A stretch of DNA of 64,000 nt from Bryobacteraceae bacterium (lineage in GTDB: Bacteria > Acidobacteriota > Terriglobia > Bryobacterales > Bryobacteraceae). Positions 27,767 to 39,546 of the stretch are shown piece by piece; the first letter of the stretch is position 1; every line of letters starts with the position of its first letter. The position numbers and the translations under genes were made by a program. The notes under the pieces were generated by a model. The model made no database searches, was not told the DNA's origin, and saw only the letters and a program-made list of their open reading frames with translations. The stretch is taken from positions 31,677 through 95,676 of the forward strand of contig JABAQT010000030.1 in the NCBI GenBank assembly GCA_019187195.1. Reading direction: 5' to 3'.

Positions 27767-27843
27767 TGGTCGGGGCGGGGCGATTTGAACGCCCGACCCC
27801 CTGCGCCCAAGGCAGGTGCGCTACCAGGCTGCGCTACGCCCCG
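27767..27843 (-). tRNA. tRNA-Pro (anticodon UGG), CCA encoded
   Basis: Hand-folded: acceptor CGGGGCG/CGCCCCG, anticodon stem CCTGC/GCAGG, loop CTTGGGC, T-arm GGGCG-TTCAAAT-CGCCC, 77 nt. Confidence 0.9.
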
Positions 27844-28067
27844 ACATTGTCAATCTCCTTTGATTCTAGATCACTCGCGGAGTTCGCGGCACTATTCCCC
27901 TTCGACATATCAAAATTGTGATAGACTCGTTTCGTCGCCATGATGCCCGGAGCAGTTGGAACGCGAGCGAACCAATGCTCCTGTTTTCAACGGGCTGCGA
28001 AGGCTCAACCAAACCCCTCGCACTGCTCCGGCTGCTCATGCCCGCCTCGAACCGGGAGCTGGACTCC

Positions 28068-28388
28068 ATGCCCGGAATGAAGAGCAACTCCAGAATGCTC
28101 GACCGGCTCACGGGCGACGACGCCGCCCTGAAATCCGGCATGGCCGCCGCAAAGGCCGATATCGAGGTCGCCCAGATGATCCACGCGGCGCGGACCGGAG
28201 CCGGATTGTCGCAGCGCGAACTGGCGGAGAGGATCGGCACCCGGCAACCGGTGATCGCCCGCCTCGAAACCGCCGATTATCAAGGCCACTCGCTCACCAT
28301 GCTACGGCGCATCGCAAGCGCTCTCAATCAGCGCCTGGAAGTGCGTTTCGTTCCACGCAAACCAAGCTCGATTCGCCCCCTGCGATAG
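28068..28388 (+). CDS. XRE-family HTH protein (HigA-like antitoxin type), no cognate toxin seen
   Basis: '[62 protein letters not shown]'. The start is uncertain (28068 or 28077). Confidence 0.6.
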   Translation: MPGMKSNSRMLDRLTGDDAALKSGMAAAKADIEVAQMIHAARTGAGLSQRELAERIGTRQPVIARLETADYQGHSLTMLRRIASALNQRLEVRFVPRKPSSIRPLR

Positions 28389-28410
28389 AATAAGAGAGAA
28401 ACCACTGGGT

Positions 28411-31305
28411 ATGATAGACACCCTATTGGCCAAAGTTTTTGGCACCAACAATGATCGCCAGATCAAGCGCATTCAGCCGATGATCGCGGCCATCAACGCG
28501 CTCGAGCCCGAAATCAATGCCCTTTCCGACGCCGCGCTGGCCGCCAAGACCGCGTCCTTCCGGGAGCGGCTGGCGCAAGGAGCCACGCTCGACGACCTGC
28601 TGATCGAAGCGTTCGCCGTCGTTCGCGAAGCCGGGCGGCGGGCCGTCAACATGCGGCATTTCGACGTGCAGTTGATTGGCGGCATCGTGCTCCACCGGGG
28701 CAAGATCGCCGAGATGCGTACCGGCGAGGGCAAGACGCTGGTGGCGACGTTGCCGGTATACCTCAACGCACTCGAGGGCAAGGGCGTTCATGTGGTCACC
28801 GTGAACGACTACCTCGCGCGGCGCGACGCCGAATGGATGGGGAGGATCTACAAGTTTCTCAACCTGTCCGTGGGCATCATCGTGCACGAACTTGACGACG
28901 ATGAGCGCCAGCAGTCCTACAACTGCGATATCACCTACGGCACGAACAACGAATTCGGCTTCGATTATCTGCGCGACAACATGAAGTTCCGCATCACGGA
29001 TTGCGTGCAGCGTCCGCACAATTTCGCCATCGTGGACGAGGTCGACTCGATTCTCATCGACGAAGCCCGCACTCCGCTTATCATTTCGGGTCCGTCGGAA
29101 GAATCCACGGACAAGTACTACCGCATCAACTCCATCATCCCCAAGCTGGTTCGCGGCGAGGTGATTGAAGGCAAGGAACCCGGCGAGAAATACACCACGG
29201 GCGATTACACCGTCGATGAAAAACACAAGAGCGCGGCTCTGACGGAAGAAGGCGTGCTCAAAGTAGAGCGCCTGCTCGGGCTGAGCAACCTGTACGACGC
29301 GGTGAACATTGAGCTCAACCACCATGTCCAGCAGGGTCTGCGCGCGCACGTCCTCTTTCACCGCGACAAGGACTACCTGGTGAAGGACGGCGAGGTGGTC
29401 ATCGTCGACGAGTTCACGGGCCGCATCATGCCCGGCCGCCGCTGGTCGGACGGCCTGCACCAGGCCATCGAGGCGAAGGAAGGCGTGAAGATCGAGCGCG
29501 AGAATCAGACGCTCGCCACCATCACGTTCCAGAACTACTTCCGCATGTATAAGAAGCTCGCGGGCATGACGGGCACGGCGGAAACCGAAGCCGCCGAGTT
29601 CTCGAAGACGTACTCTCTCGATGTCGTCACCGTGCCCACGAACAAGCCCATGATCCGCAAGGACAACATGGACATCGTCTACCGCACGGAAGAGGAGAAA
29701 TTCCGCAACGCCGCCAAGGAGATCAAGGAGCGCCAGGAACGAGGCCAGCCGGTTCTCATCGGAACCATCTCGGTGGAAAAATCCGAGCGGTTGTCGGCCA
29801 TTCTGAAGCGGATGGGCGTCAAACATGAGGTGCTGAACGCGAAGAATCATGAGCGGGAAGCGTTTATCGTGGCGCAGGCGGGACGCAAGAGCGTGGTGAC
29901 GGTCTCGACGAACATGGCCGGCCGCGGAACGGATATCCTGCTTGGAGGCAATCCGGACTTCATGACGCGCGAAGCGTGCATGAAGCAGAATCTCGCCGAA
30001 TCGATTCCGAGCGAAGCGGCTTCCTTTGTCAATGACGAGCACTGGATCTACTTCCAGCAGCACGACCAGTCATACCGCGTGGCGCGCCAGCGCTGGGCGG
30101 AGATCTTCGTCAAGTACGAAGCTCAATGCGCGCGCGAGCATGATGAAGTGGTAGCAGCGGGAGGCCTCCATATCATCGGCACGGAGCGGCACGAATCGCG
30201 GCGCATCGACAATCAGCTTCGCGGACGCGCCGGACGCCAGGGCGACCCCGGCTCCTCCCGCTTCTACCTTTCCCTGCAGGATGATCTGCTGCGAATCTTC
30301 GGGGGCGAACGCATCCAGAATCTGATGCTGCGCCTGGGCATGGAAGAAGATGTGCCCATCGAGTCGAAGCTCATCACCAAACGCATCGCCGCCGCGCAGA
30401 AGGCGGTGGAGGCGCAGAACTTCGCCGCCCGCAAACATCTTCTCGAGTACGACGACGTGATGAACAAGCAGCGGCAGGCCGTCTACGGAATGCGGCGTTC
30501 GCTGCTCGAGGGGGAGGATCAGCGCGAGCGCGTGCTCGAGATCGTTCGAAACATTCTCGCCGGCATCGTCGATCTGCGCTGTCCGGAGAGCGGCCACAAC
30601 GGATCCTGGGACCTGCTGGGACTCGAGACGGACGTGCTCACCCAGTTTGGCGTGCGCGTCCCGCCGCAGGAGGTGTCGCAATTGAGCCGCGCGGAACTCG
30701 AGGATTACGCCTTCGACAAGCTCAGCGCGCGCTACTCCGAAAAGGAGCGGGTCGTGGGAGCCGAGATCATGCGCGAGACCGAGCGCTTCATCATGCTCCA
30801 TGTGATCGACACGCAGTGGAAGGACCACCTGCTGTCCATGGATCACCTCAAGGAAGGCATCGGCCTGCGCGGGTATGGACAGAAAGATCCTCTCATCGAG
30901 TACAAGAAAGAGTCCTTCGAGATGTTCAACTCTCTCATGGACCGTATAGAGGATGAATCCATCCGCTATCTCTTCTTCCTTCAGACGAGTTCCGACGAGG
31001 GTTACGCACAGGCTCAGCGCCCCGTGCTCCCCTTCAATCCCGATGAGGATGAGGAAGAGGAGGACGAGGAAGATGCCGGGCGGGAAACGGTGGCTGTCGC
31101 CCAGTCGCAGAAAGCGGCGCAGTCGATGCAGGACTTCACGCGCAACATCGTCCGCAAGAAGGAGCGCGAGATGGCCGATTTGCAACTGGTGGGCGGCGAC
31201 GCTTCGACGACGCAACATGCGCCCGTGCGAACCCACAAGGTCGGGCGCAACGATCCTTGCCCTTGCGGCAGCGGAAAGAAATATAAGAAATGCTGCGGCG
31301 CCTAG
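28411..31305 (+). CDS. secA: Preprotein translocase ATPase SecA
   Basis: '[22 protein letters not shown]', '[19 protein letters not shown]', '[10 protein letters not shown]' and the C-terminal zinc motif '[14 protein letters not shown]'. Confidence 0.97.
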   Translation: MIDTLLAKVFGTNNDRQIKRIQPMIAAINALEPEINALSDAALAAKTASFRERLAQGATLDDLLIEAFAVVREAGRRAVNMRHFDVQLIGGIVLHRGKIAEMRTGEGKTLVATLPVYLNALEGKGVHVVTVNDYLARRDAEWMGRIYKFLNLSVGIIVHELDDDERQQSYNCDITYGTNNEFGFDYLRDNMKFRITDCVQRPHNFAIVDEVDSILIDEARTPLIISGPSEESTDKYYRINSIIPKLVRGEVIEGKEPGEKYTTGDYTVDEKHKSAALTEEGVLKVERLLGLSNLYDAVNIELNHHVQQGLRAHVLFHRDKDYLVKDGEVVIVDEFTGRIMPGRRWSDGLHQAIEAKEGVKIERENQTLATITFQNYFRMYKKLAGMTGTAETEAAEFSKTYSLDVVTVPTNKPMIRKDNMDIVYRTEEEKFRNAAKEIKERQERGQPVLIGTISVEKSERLSAILKRMGVKHEVLNAKNHEREAFIVAQAGRKSVVTVSTNMAGRGTDILLGGNPDFMTREACMKQNLAESIPSEAASFVNDEHWIYFQQHDQSYRVARQRWAEIFVKYEAQCAREHDEVVAAGGLHIIGTERHESRRIDNQLRGRAGRQGDPGSSRFYLSLQDDLLRIFGGERIQNLMLRLGMEEDVPIESKLITKRIAAAQKAVEAQNFAARKHLLEYDDVMNKQRQAVYGMRRSLLEGEDQRERVLEIVRNILAGIVDLRCPESGHNGSWDLLGLETDVLTQFGVRVPPQEVSQLSRAELEDYAFDKLSARYSEKERVVGAEIMRETERFIMLHVIDTQWKDHLLSMDHLKEGIGLRGYGQKDPLIEYKKESFEMFNSLMDRIEDESIRYLFFLQTSSDEGYAQAQRPVLPFNPDEDEEEEDEEDAGRETVAVAQSQKAAQSMQDFTRNIVRKKEREMADLQLVGGDASTTQHAPVRTHKVGRNDPCPCGSGKKYKKCCGA

Positions 31306-32285
31306 CCCTTCAGGTTCTGTTTTGCGTGAGCGGCGCTACCGCCGGAATCCTTACCGACAATCTCGGCACCGCCAAGCGCGTGACCCTGGAAACACCCGCT
31401 ATCGAGGACAAGCCGGTATGGGATGAGTATGGGCTCGATGGCGTCGAAACCGGACGATACGAATCCGCCGCCGGCAAATCGTTTACAACGACGGCATGGC
31501 GGCTGAAAGATCCCACGGGATCGCAGGCGGCGTTCCGCTGGCTTCGTCCCGCGGGAGCGCAAGCGGGCAATAAGGACGCCCTCTATTACTCCCCGCGCTT
31601 TGCTGTCACCACGGGGTCCACCACCCTGATGACCTTCGGCAATTATCTGTTGCGTTTCGAGGGTGGCGCGCCGGCGCATGACGAATTGAAAATCCTGCTT
31701 TTCCAGCTTCCGAAAGTTGACCAGTCCTCCCTGCCCCCTGTAATCGACTACGTGCCCGGAAATCTCGTACCCGGCACGGACCGTTTCATCGCGGGACCGG
31801 CGTCGCTTGAGAAATTTTTCCCCAAGCTGACTCCCGCCGCCGTGGGATTCCACTTCGGCGCCGAAGGCGTGGTTGGCCGCTACCGGACAGGATCCTCGGA
31901 AACGGAGATGGCGGTCTTTTATTACCCCACCAACCAGATGGCGCGCGACCGGTACCCCGAATTCCAGAAACTGTCCGGCGCCCTGGTCAAGCGCAGCGGC
32001 CCCATCCTGGCGCTGGTGAATTCGCCGCAAAACGCCAACGACGCCGAGCGCCTGCTGGCGCTCATCAACTACAGAGCTCAGGTCACGACGAGTGCGCGCC
32101 CCACCACTATCATTCAGGATACGGGGAGCATGCTCATTGCCATCTTCCAACTCATAGGAGTGCTGCTCTCGCTCACCATCGCGGCCGGGGTGATGGTGTT
32201 CATCATGCGCCGGTTGCGCCGCGCCGCCACGGGCGGCAAGGAGGAAGATCCGATGACCATGCTCCACCTCGAGGACCGTCATTAG
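31290..32285 (+). CDS. Hypothetical exported protein with C-terminal TM anchor, start overlapping the secA stop
   Basis: Signal-like '[19 protein letters not shown]' and C-terminal helix '[25 protein letters not shown]'. No domain recognised. Confidence 0.5.
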   Translation: MLRRLALQVLFCVSGATAGILTDNLGTAKRVTLETPAIEDKPVWDEYGLDGVETGRYESAAGKSFTTTAWRLKDPTGSQAAFRWLRPAGAQAGNKDALYYSPRFAVTTGSTTLMTFGNYLLRFEGGAPAHDELKILLFQLPKVDQSSLPPVIDYVPGNLVPGTDRFIAGPASLEKFFPKLTPAAVGFHFGAEGVVGRYRTGSSETEMAVFYYPTNQMARDRYPEFQKLSGALVKRSGPILALVNSPQNANDAERLLALINYRAQVTTSARPTTIIQDTGSMLIAIFQLIGVLLSLTIAAGVMVFIMRRLRRAATGGKEEDPMTMLHLEDRH

Positions 32286-32295
32286 CCGTTTTTCA

Positions 32296-32330
32296 TGAAA
32301 AAAGCCAGGAGGTGGTCGAGGCCTCCTGGC
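32296..32330 (-). terminator. Rho-independent terminator for the small minus-strand gene
   Basis: 9-bp stem GCCAGGAGG/CCTCCTGGC, followed on the minus strand by TTTTTT. Confidence 0.6.
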
Positions 32331-32354
32331 TTACAGTCAGATTCCGGCAGCGGA

Positions 32355-32555
32355 CTATTGCTTGGCGGGCGTCGCGCTTTCCGATGCGGCTTTCTTGTTC
32401 TTGTGGTGATGGGTCTTGTGGTGTTTCGAGCTCTTGGTTGTCTTGGCGGACTTCGCCTCGGGCGCCGGCGCGGATGTGGATGGAGCCGTCTGAGCTCCGG
32501 CGACAGTAGCCAGCAGCAGCGCGGCGGAAGCCACCGCGACAAACATACTTTTCAT
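32355..32555 (-). CDS. Small secreted Lys/His-rich protein
   Basis: GGAGA RBS; signal 'MKSMFVAVASAALLLATVAGAQ'; mature part 'KTTKSSKHHKTHHHKNKKAAS'. Confidence 0.5.
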   Translation of the reverse strand: MKSMFVAVASAALLLATVAGAQTAPSTSAPAPEAKSAKTTKSSKHHKTHHHKNKKAASESATPAKQ

Positions 32556-32681
32556 TTCGATTTCTCCTTGGCAGGGGCATGATGGTTCCAGTCCTTCGTG
32601 CCCTCGCAATCTAAGAGACGGTGCGCGGGGGGAGCAGTTACGGGAAAAATCGTAAAGCTTCTTTCATATAAACTTGCATTC

Positions 32682-33785
32682 ATGAAGGCGTATTCATTGG
32701 GTATCATTTGCCTCCTGCCGGTAGCGCTGCAGGCCCAGTCCGTGCCCGTGCGTCACGTCATTGTCTACAAAGAGGCCGGGCGATTCGGCGGATGGCCGGC
32801 CAATCACGGAGCATGGGCCTGGGGCAATGAACTGCTGGTGGGTTTCGAGGCGGGATACTTCCATCGCAACGAGCAGGGACACGCGATCGACTATACAAAA
32901 CCAGCAGAACATGTTTTGGCGCGCAGCCTCGACGGGGGCCGGACATGGAAGATCGAACGGCCCGAAACGCTGCGTGTCCCGCCGGGCGTAAAGCAAGCGA
33001 ACGTGCCCGCGGTGGCAGGCGTTCATACGGCGGTTCCCTTCACTGGCAGCATCAACTTCACTCATCCCGATTTCGCCATGACCTGGCGCATGGCCAATAT
33101 CCACACCGGTCCCAGCCGGTTCTACTATTCGTATGACCGCGGCAAGACATGGCAGGGCCCCTATGAAGCGCCCTCCTTCGGCACAAAGGGCATCGCCGCG
33201 CGCACGGACTATCTGGTCAACGGACCGCGCGATTGCACGGTCTTCCTTACCGCGGCAAAGCAGAACGGCAAGGAGGGGCGAGTCCTGTGTGCCCGCACGC
33301 GGGATGGCGGCAGGACGTGGAAATTCCTCTCCTATGTGTGCCCGGAGCCCGAGGACTATGCCATCATGCCTTCCTCCGTCCGCCTGGGACCACGGACCAT
33401 CCTGACCACTCTGCGGCGGCGCCTTTGGATTGAGGCTTGGCGCAGCGAGGATGATGGACTCTCCTGGACGTTCGTCACCAGGCCCGTGGAGAGTACGGGC
33501 GGCGGCAACCCGCCAAGTCTGGTGAGGCTCCGGGACGGCCGGCTGGTGCTGACCTACGGCTACCGCTCCGAACCCTACGGCATTCGCGCCCGCATCTCGC
33601 ATGATAACGGAAATACCTGGGGCAGCGATCTCACGCTGCGGCAGGACGGCGGCGCCTGGGATCTCGGCTACACCCGGACTCTGGCGCGGCCGGACGGCAA
33701 ACTGGTCACCGTGTACTATTACAACGACAACAAAGACAAGGAGCGCTACATTGCGGCAACGATCTGGGAACCGCCCGCGAAGTGA
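32682..33785 (+). CDS. BNR/Asp-box repeat exo-alpha-sialidase-like glycoside hydrolase
   Basis: Signal 'MKAYSLGIICLLPVALQAQS'. Five Asp-boxes: SLDGGRTW, SYDRGKTW, TRDGGRTW, SEDDGLSW, SHDNGNTW. Confidence 0.8.
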   Translation: MKAYSLGIICLLPVALQAQSVPVRHVIVYKEAGRFGGWPANHGAWAWGNELLVGFEAGYFHRNEQGHAIDYTKPAEHVLARSLDGGRTWKIERPETLRVPPGVKQANVPAVAGVHTAVPFTGSINFTHPDFAMTWRMANIHTGPSRFYYSYDRGKTWQGPYEAPSFGTKGIAARTDYLVNGPRDCTVFLTAAKQNGKEGRVLCARTRDGGRTWKFLSYVCPEPEDYAIMPSSVRLGPRTILTTLRRRLWIEAWRSEDDGLSWTFVTRPVESTGGGNPPSLVRLRDGRLVLTYGYRSEPYGIRARISHDNGNTWGSDLTLRQDGGAWDLGYTRTLARPDGKLVTVYYYNDNKDKERYIAATIWEPPAK

Positions 33786-33827
33786 GTGGCAGCGGCCCAG
33801 CCAACTCGCGCAAAATAGGAAAGCCTC

Positions 33828-34589
33828 ATGAAATTGCTACGTGTAATTCCTGCTCTCCTTGCCGCTTCCTTCGCCTATGCCCAGGAAGCGCCGAAAGATC
33901 TGCAACTCTTTCTGCTCATCGGACAATCGAACATGGCCGGACGCGGCCAGGTGGAGGCAGCCGATAAGCAGCCCATTCCAGGTGTCTTCATGCTGACCAA
34001 GGACATGAGATGGGTTCCGGCGGTCGATCCGCTTCACTTCGACAAACCGGACATCGCGGGCGTGGGGATTGGCCGCAGCTTTGCCAAAGTCCTCGTGCGG
34101 CTGAACCCCAAAGCCTCGATCGGACTGATTCCCGCTGCGTTTGGGGGTACGAGCCTCGACCAGTGGAAGCCCGGCGGCGAGCTATACACGAACGCGGCCG
34201 CGCGCGCCCGCGAGGCGATGAAATCCGGACGGCTGCGAGGCATTCTGTGGCATCAGGGCGAGGCTGATTCGCGCGGCGAGGAGACGATCGCCACCTACCG
34301 CGAGCGCTGGACGAAGCTCATGGAGGCGTTGCGAAAGGAATTGAACGCTCCGGATGTGCCCATCGTCGTGGGCGAACTCGGTGAGTTCTTCACGGCACGG
34401 GCGCCGCTCGCGCCGAAGATCAATGAGCAACTTGCCCTGCTGCCCCTGCACTTTCCGCGCACGGCATTCGTCTCGAGCGCCGGACTGAAGGACAAGGGAG
34501 ACTCGACGCACTTCGACACGCCGTCGGTAAGGGAGTTCGGAAGACGGTACGCGCATGCGTTTCTCATGCTCGATTCCTCGTGGGAGTGA
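33828..34589 (+). CDS. SGNH/DUF303-type carbohydrate esterase (sialate O-acetylesterase-like)
   Basis: Signal peptide; 'LFLLIGQSNMAGRG', 'GILWHQGEAD' and 'DSTHF'. Confidence 0.75.
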   Translation: MKLLRVIPALLAASFAYAQEAPKDLQLFLLIGQSNMAGRGQVEAADKQPIPGVFMLTKDMRWVPAVDPLHFDKPDIAGVGIGRSFAKVLVRLNPKASIGLIPAAFGGTSLDQWKPGGELYTNAAARAREAMKSGRLRGILWHQGEADSRGEETIATYRERWTKLMEALRKELNAPDVPIVVGELGEFFTARAPLAPKINEQLALLPLHFPRTAFVSSAGLKDKGDSTHFDTPSVREFGRRYAHAFLMLDSSWE

Positions 34590-34597
34590 TTGACCGC

Positions 34598-34636
34598 CGG
34601 AAAGAAGAAGGCCGGGGTCCTGGTCGAAACCCCGGC
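34598..34636 (-). terminator. Putative terminator downstream of rpoD
   Basis: Stem GCCGGGG/CCCCGGC, followed on the minus strand by CTTCTTCTTTCC. Confidence 0.35.
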
Positions 34637-34665
34637 ATGTGTACGAACGAGGAGGAGGGATCTGT

Positions 34666-36195
<1,530 letters not shown>

Positions 36196-36441
36196 TAAGA
36201 GTCACCTCCCCCATGGTAAGCCAGTCCAATGATCCGTTGACTTTGCCAGGGGATGTACGGCCCGCCGACGGATTGACCTCGCCGGGCTCGATTCGCACGA
36301 ACTGAGGACACACAGCGGTTCCTTTGCACCGCGCCTTGGTCATAATAGCACCAAACAAGTCTGATGTTAAGTCCTAATGTTAAGATGTTTCCGTTCTGTT
36401 TTGGTTTCCAGGAAACCGGCGGGAGAAGGCAGCAAACTTTA

Positions 36442-36903
36442 TCAACCCCGCTTCTTTTGCAGCAAGTCTTTGAGTTCATGAAAGAAAGCTTCCTCGTCCT
36501 GGAAGTCCCGATAGACAGAGGCAAAGCGCACGTAGGCGACCTTGTCGACATCTCGCAGACGTAAGATCAGCGCTTCTCCTATTTCTGTAGTCGATATCTC
36601 CCGGTCAGCCGCCTCCACAATCCTGCTCTCCACCTCATCGACCAGCTCCGCCAACTTCCCCATACTGACGGGACGTTTTTCGCACGCCTTCAGTAATCCT
36701 GTCAATACCTTTTGCCGGTCGAATTTCTCCCGCCGCCCATCCTTCTTCACCACAACATAGGGGACTTCGTCAATTCGCTCATAGGTGGTAAACCGTTTCT
36801 CGCACTTCAAACACTGGCGGCGGCGCCGGATGGCCTCGCCCTCCCGGCTCTCCCGGGAATCAATCACCCGATCTTCCTGAAATCCGCAGAATGGACATCT
36901 CAT
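36442..36903 (-). CDS. nrdR: Transcriptional repressor NrdR
   Basis: 'MRCPFCGFQEDRVIDSR...RRRRQCLKCEKRFTTYE' zinc ribbon plus an ATP-cone. Confidence 0.95.
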   Translation of the reverse strand: MRCPFCGFQEDRVIDSRESREGEAIRRRRQCLKCEKRFTTYERIDEVPYVVVKKDGRREKFDRQKVLTGLLKACEKRPVSMGKLAELVDEVESRIVEAADREISTTEIGEALILRLRDVDKVAYVRFASVYRDFQDEEAFFHELKDLLQKKRG

Positions 36904-37988
36904 AATGGTTGCATCTCTTTAGTCTGCAAAAGTTTACGCCATTTCAACCCGCCCTTCAACGCCAGCAGCAGCCCAATGGGCACGACACTGACGAATGTGA
37001 CCACCCAAATCAGGACCGCCAAGCCCGAAGCGGACTCCAAAGGAATCCGGAACAATTCCGTAAGTACCAGAACCGTAGCCACTTGCATGCCACCCCCGAC
37101 CCCCGGAATCTGCAATGCGCTGCCAAAGGCCACAAACCCAACCACGATCAGTGCATCCAGAATCCCCAGGCTGTGCGTGAACGGCACCGCCCGGAAGAGA
37201 CAAAGAAAGCAGGCCACAATCAGGCACCATTCGCAGAAAGTGTAGAAAATGAGAAGAAATACGAACGACCCCCGCCGCGTGGAACTCGTGCCGGAAAGAA
37301 AGGCCTGGACCAGGCCCGTAACACGCTTCTGGTATTGAAGCGGCAGCACGCTCAATACAGCGACCAGGCGGTTCTCGACGAAGACGGGGAAGAGGCCGAA
37401 GACGATGAGGAGCGAGAGGCACGCCGCGGCGAGAATGCCGGCCAGGCTCCCGCCGGTACTTAGGACCCATTCCATGGTAGGTCCTAATTTTGTAGAAGTA
37501 GAGGTGATGCGAGTCAGCGCGAACCCGAACAAGAGCAACACGGAGAGCAGGTCATAAATCCGCTCGAGAAGCCATGTCGCGAGCTGGCTTGTGAAAGCAA
37601 CCTTCTCACGAGTGGAAATAAGGTAGGGACGGACGAGTTCGCCGGCCCGGCCGAAGAGCACGACGGCAGTAAATCCTATAATTGTAGAATCCAACAACAG
37701 CCAGAAATCCGGATGCGGCCGGATCGGCCGCAACATCAACTGCCACCGGACCGCTCTCCCAAAATATGTCAACAGGACCAGAACCACCGCCGCCGTAAGC
37801 CACGCCCAATCTATTCGCGAGAAGGTGGCGGCGAAAAGCGACCACTGAAAGCCGGACACCTTGGTGCGATAGCCGAACCAAAGAAGCGCCGCAACAAGAA
37901 GGAATCCTACTAAAATAAGGCTGCCATGGAGACGCCTTGGCAGTCCTAACGCCGTCTTGCTATCCGACGTGTTACCTCCATCACTCAT
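36900..37988 (-). CDS. Lysylphosphatidylglycerol-synthase-TM-like (flippase-like, UPF0104) membrane protein
   Basis: About 8 TM helices. 4-bp overlap with nrdR. Confidence 0.5.
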   Translation of the reverse strand: MSDGGNTSDSKTALGLPRRLHGSLILVGFLLVAALLWFGYRTKVSGFQWSLFAATFSRIDWAWLTAAVVLVLLTYFGRAVRWQLMLRPIRPHPDFWLLLDSTIIGFTAVVLFGRAGELVRPYLISTREKVAFTSQLATWLLERIYDLLSVLLLFGFALTRITSTSTKLGPTMEWVLSTGGSLAGILAAACLSLLIVFGLFPVFVENRLVAVLSVLPLQYQKRVTGLVQAFLSGTSSTRRGSFVFLLIFYTFCEWCLIVACFLCLFRAVPFTHSLGILDALIVVGFVAFGSALQIPGVGGGMQVATVLVLTELFRIPLESASGLAVLIWVVTFVSVVPIGLLLALKGGLKWRKLLQTKEMQPL

Positions 37989-38232
37989 TTTCTATGCGAG
38001 ACTCCGTTACCGGGAATCCATCTCCGGGTCTAAAATAAAATCTTCCGTACCCCCGGGCCTGCCCGGCGGAGCTCAGAACGGCGAAACTGGTCTCCGAACG
38101 AACGCCCTTCAGAGATTTCGGCGAACTTCTCATGATAAATCGTCGTTTACATAACTGGAAGCGCATGATGGCGAAACCGGAAGGCGGACCGGAAGAACCG
38201 CATCCATCGCGCGGGCGCTCCAAGAGGGTACA

Positions 38233-38904
38233 ATGGCAGCCGTCCTCACAGTGGCAACTTCGGAAAGCGGCCCCGGCGCGGCGGGGTGGGCCGGACTGGC
38301 GCCTGCCGCCGGCGGCTGTCTGAGATGGGCAAACAGCTTGGATACAGATTCCAGTCTGGTGGAGCGGTGCCTGGGCGGGGACGACGCCGCTTGGGAGTAT
38401 CTGGTGCGGGCACACACCAGGCGTGTGTATTCGGTGTGCTACCGGTTTACGGGAAGCGACGCCGAAGCGCAGGATCTTACACAGGATGTTTTTCTGCGGG
38501 TGTTCAAGACGCTTGGAAGCTTCCGTTCCGGTGAGGGCTCGTTTTCCGTGTGGCTGATGCGACTGACCCGCAACCTGCTGATTGACAACTACCGGCGCGG
38601 GAAACAGGAGCGAGCCACCGATTCGATCGAGAACCAGCTTCCCATGCTCGAGGAAAAATATGCGCTTTCCTCGCGCACGGATGGCATGCTGGCCGGCAGG
38701 GAAGCGAGTGAAATCCTGCAGGCGGCCCTGGAGAGGCTTTCGCCCGAGTTGCGGGAAACACTAATTTTGCGCGATATCGAGGAGTTGGAGTACCGGGAAA
38801 TCGCCCAGTCCCTGGGGGTGCCGGAAGGGACGGTGAAATCGCGGCTGAATCGTGGACGCGCTGAACTGGCGCGCATCCTCAGAAGGTTTAAGGTGGCGGT
38901 ATGA
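38233..38904 (+). CDS. ECF-type RNA polymerase sigma factor
   Basis: AGAGGG RBS; region 2 'AQDLTQDVFLRVFKTLGSFR...FSVWLMRLTRNLLIDNYR'; region 4 'REIAQSLGVPEGTVKSRLNRGR'. Confidence 0.85.
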   Translation: MAAVLTVATSESGPGAAGWAGLAPAAGGCLRWANSLDTDSSLVERCLGGDDAAWEYLVRAHTRRVYSVCYRFTGSDAEAQDLTQDVFLRVFKTLGSFRSGEGSFSVWLMRLTRNLLIDNYRRGKQERATDSIENQLPMLEEKYALSSRTDGMLAGREASEILQAALERLSPELRETLILRDIEELEYREIAQSLGVPEGTVKSRLNRGRAELARILRRFKVAV

Positions 38905-39524
38905 CGTGCGCCGAGATCGAGTTGCTGCTCTGCGATTATATTGACGGCGCCCTGCGTCCCGAACAACGAGCGGAAGTCGAAGCGCATCTCGCCGTCTGCG
39001 CCGCCTGCGCCGAACTGCACCGCGACTCGACCGGGGTGCTCGGTTTTCTGGAGCGGGCCGCCGCGGTTGAACCGCCGCCCTCCCTGGTGACACGTATTCT
39101 ACATCAGGCTCCGGTCAGCCAACCGCCCGTGCACACCGCCCGGACCACGTTTGGAAGGTTGCTTGGGCGGTGGCTGGAACCGGTTCTACAGCCCCGTCTG
39201 GCGATGGGAATGGCGATGACGATTCTCTCGTTCGCCATGCTTGGCCGTTTTGCGGGAATCGAGGCGCGGCAGTTGCGCCCGGGCGATCTTCAGCCGGCCA
39301 AGGTTTGGGAGGCGGCTGAAGACCAGGCGAACCGGGCCTGGACACGAGCCGTGAAATACTACGACAGCCTGAAAATTGTGTACATTTTGCAGTCCCGGCT
39401 TCGGGAAATCACGGATACCGGAGACGACGGCCTGACGCCGGAGGACCGGGAGCAGGAACGAAAGCTGGAGCAGAAGCGGGGGACGGCAACGCCCATGGAG
39501 GAAAACTCCGGAGCGCCGAGGTAG
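38901..39524 (+). CDS. Anti-sigma factor (zf-HC2 type)
   Basis: 'MTCAEIELLLCDYIDGAL...VEAHLAVCAACAEL'. ATGA overlap with the sigma gene. Confidence 0.8.
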   Translation: MTCAEIELLLCDYIDGALRPEQRAEVEAHLAVCAACAELHRDSTGVLGFLERAAAVEPPPSLVTRILHQAPVSQPPVHTARTTFGRLLGRWLEPVLQPRLAMGMAMTILSFAMLGRFAGIEARQLRPGDLQPAKVWEAAEDQANRAWTRAVKYYDSLKIVYILQSRLREITDTGDDGLTPEDREQERKLEQKRGTATPMEENSGAPR

Positions 39525-39546
39525 CAAGTCGGTCTGGGAGGTTGTT

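Noticed and set aside
26683-27921. 412-aa plus-strand ORF spanning the ABC permease, the intergenic region and tRNA-Pro.
   Set aside because: It overlaps a well-supported permease frame and a tRNA gene, and its product is an Arg/Gly/Ala-rich low-complexity sequence.
36360-36425. Direct repeat ATGTTAAG x2 and a GGTTTCC-n-GGAAACC palindrome between nrdR and rpoD, considered as a possible operator or terminator.
   Set aside because: The repeats are short, and the hairpin lacks a U-tract on the relevant strand. I cannot distinguish it from chance in a 246-bp AT-richer promoter region.
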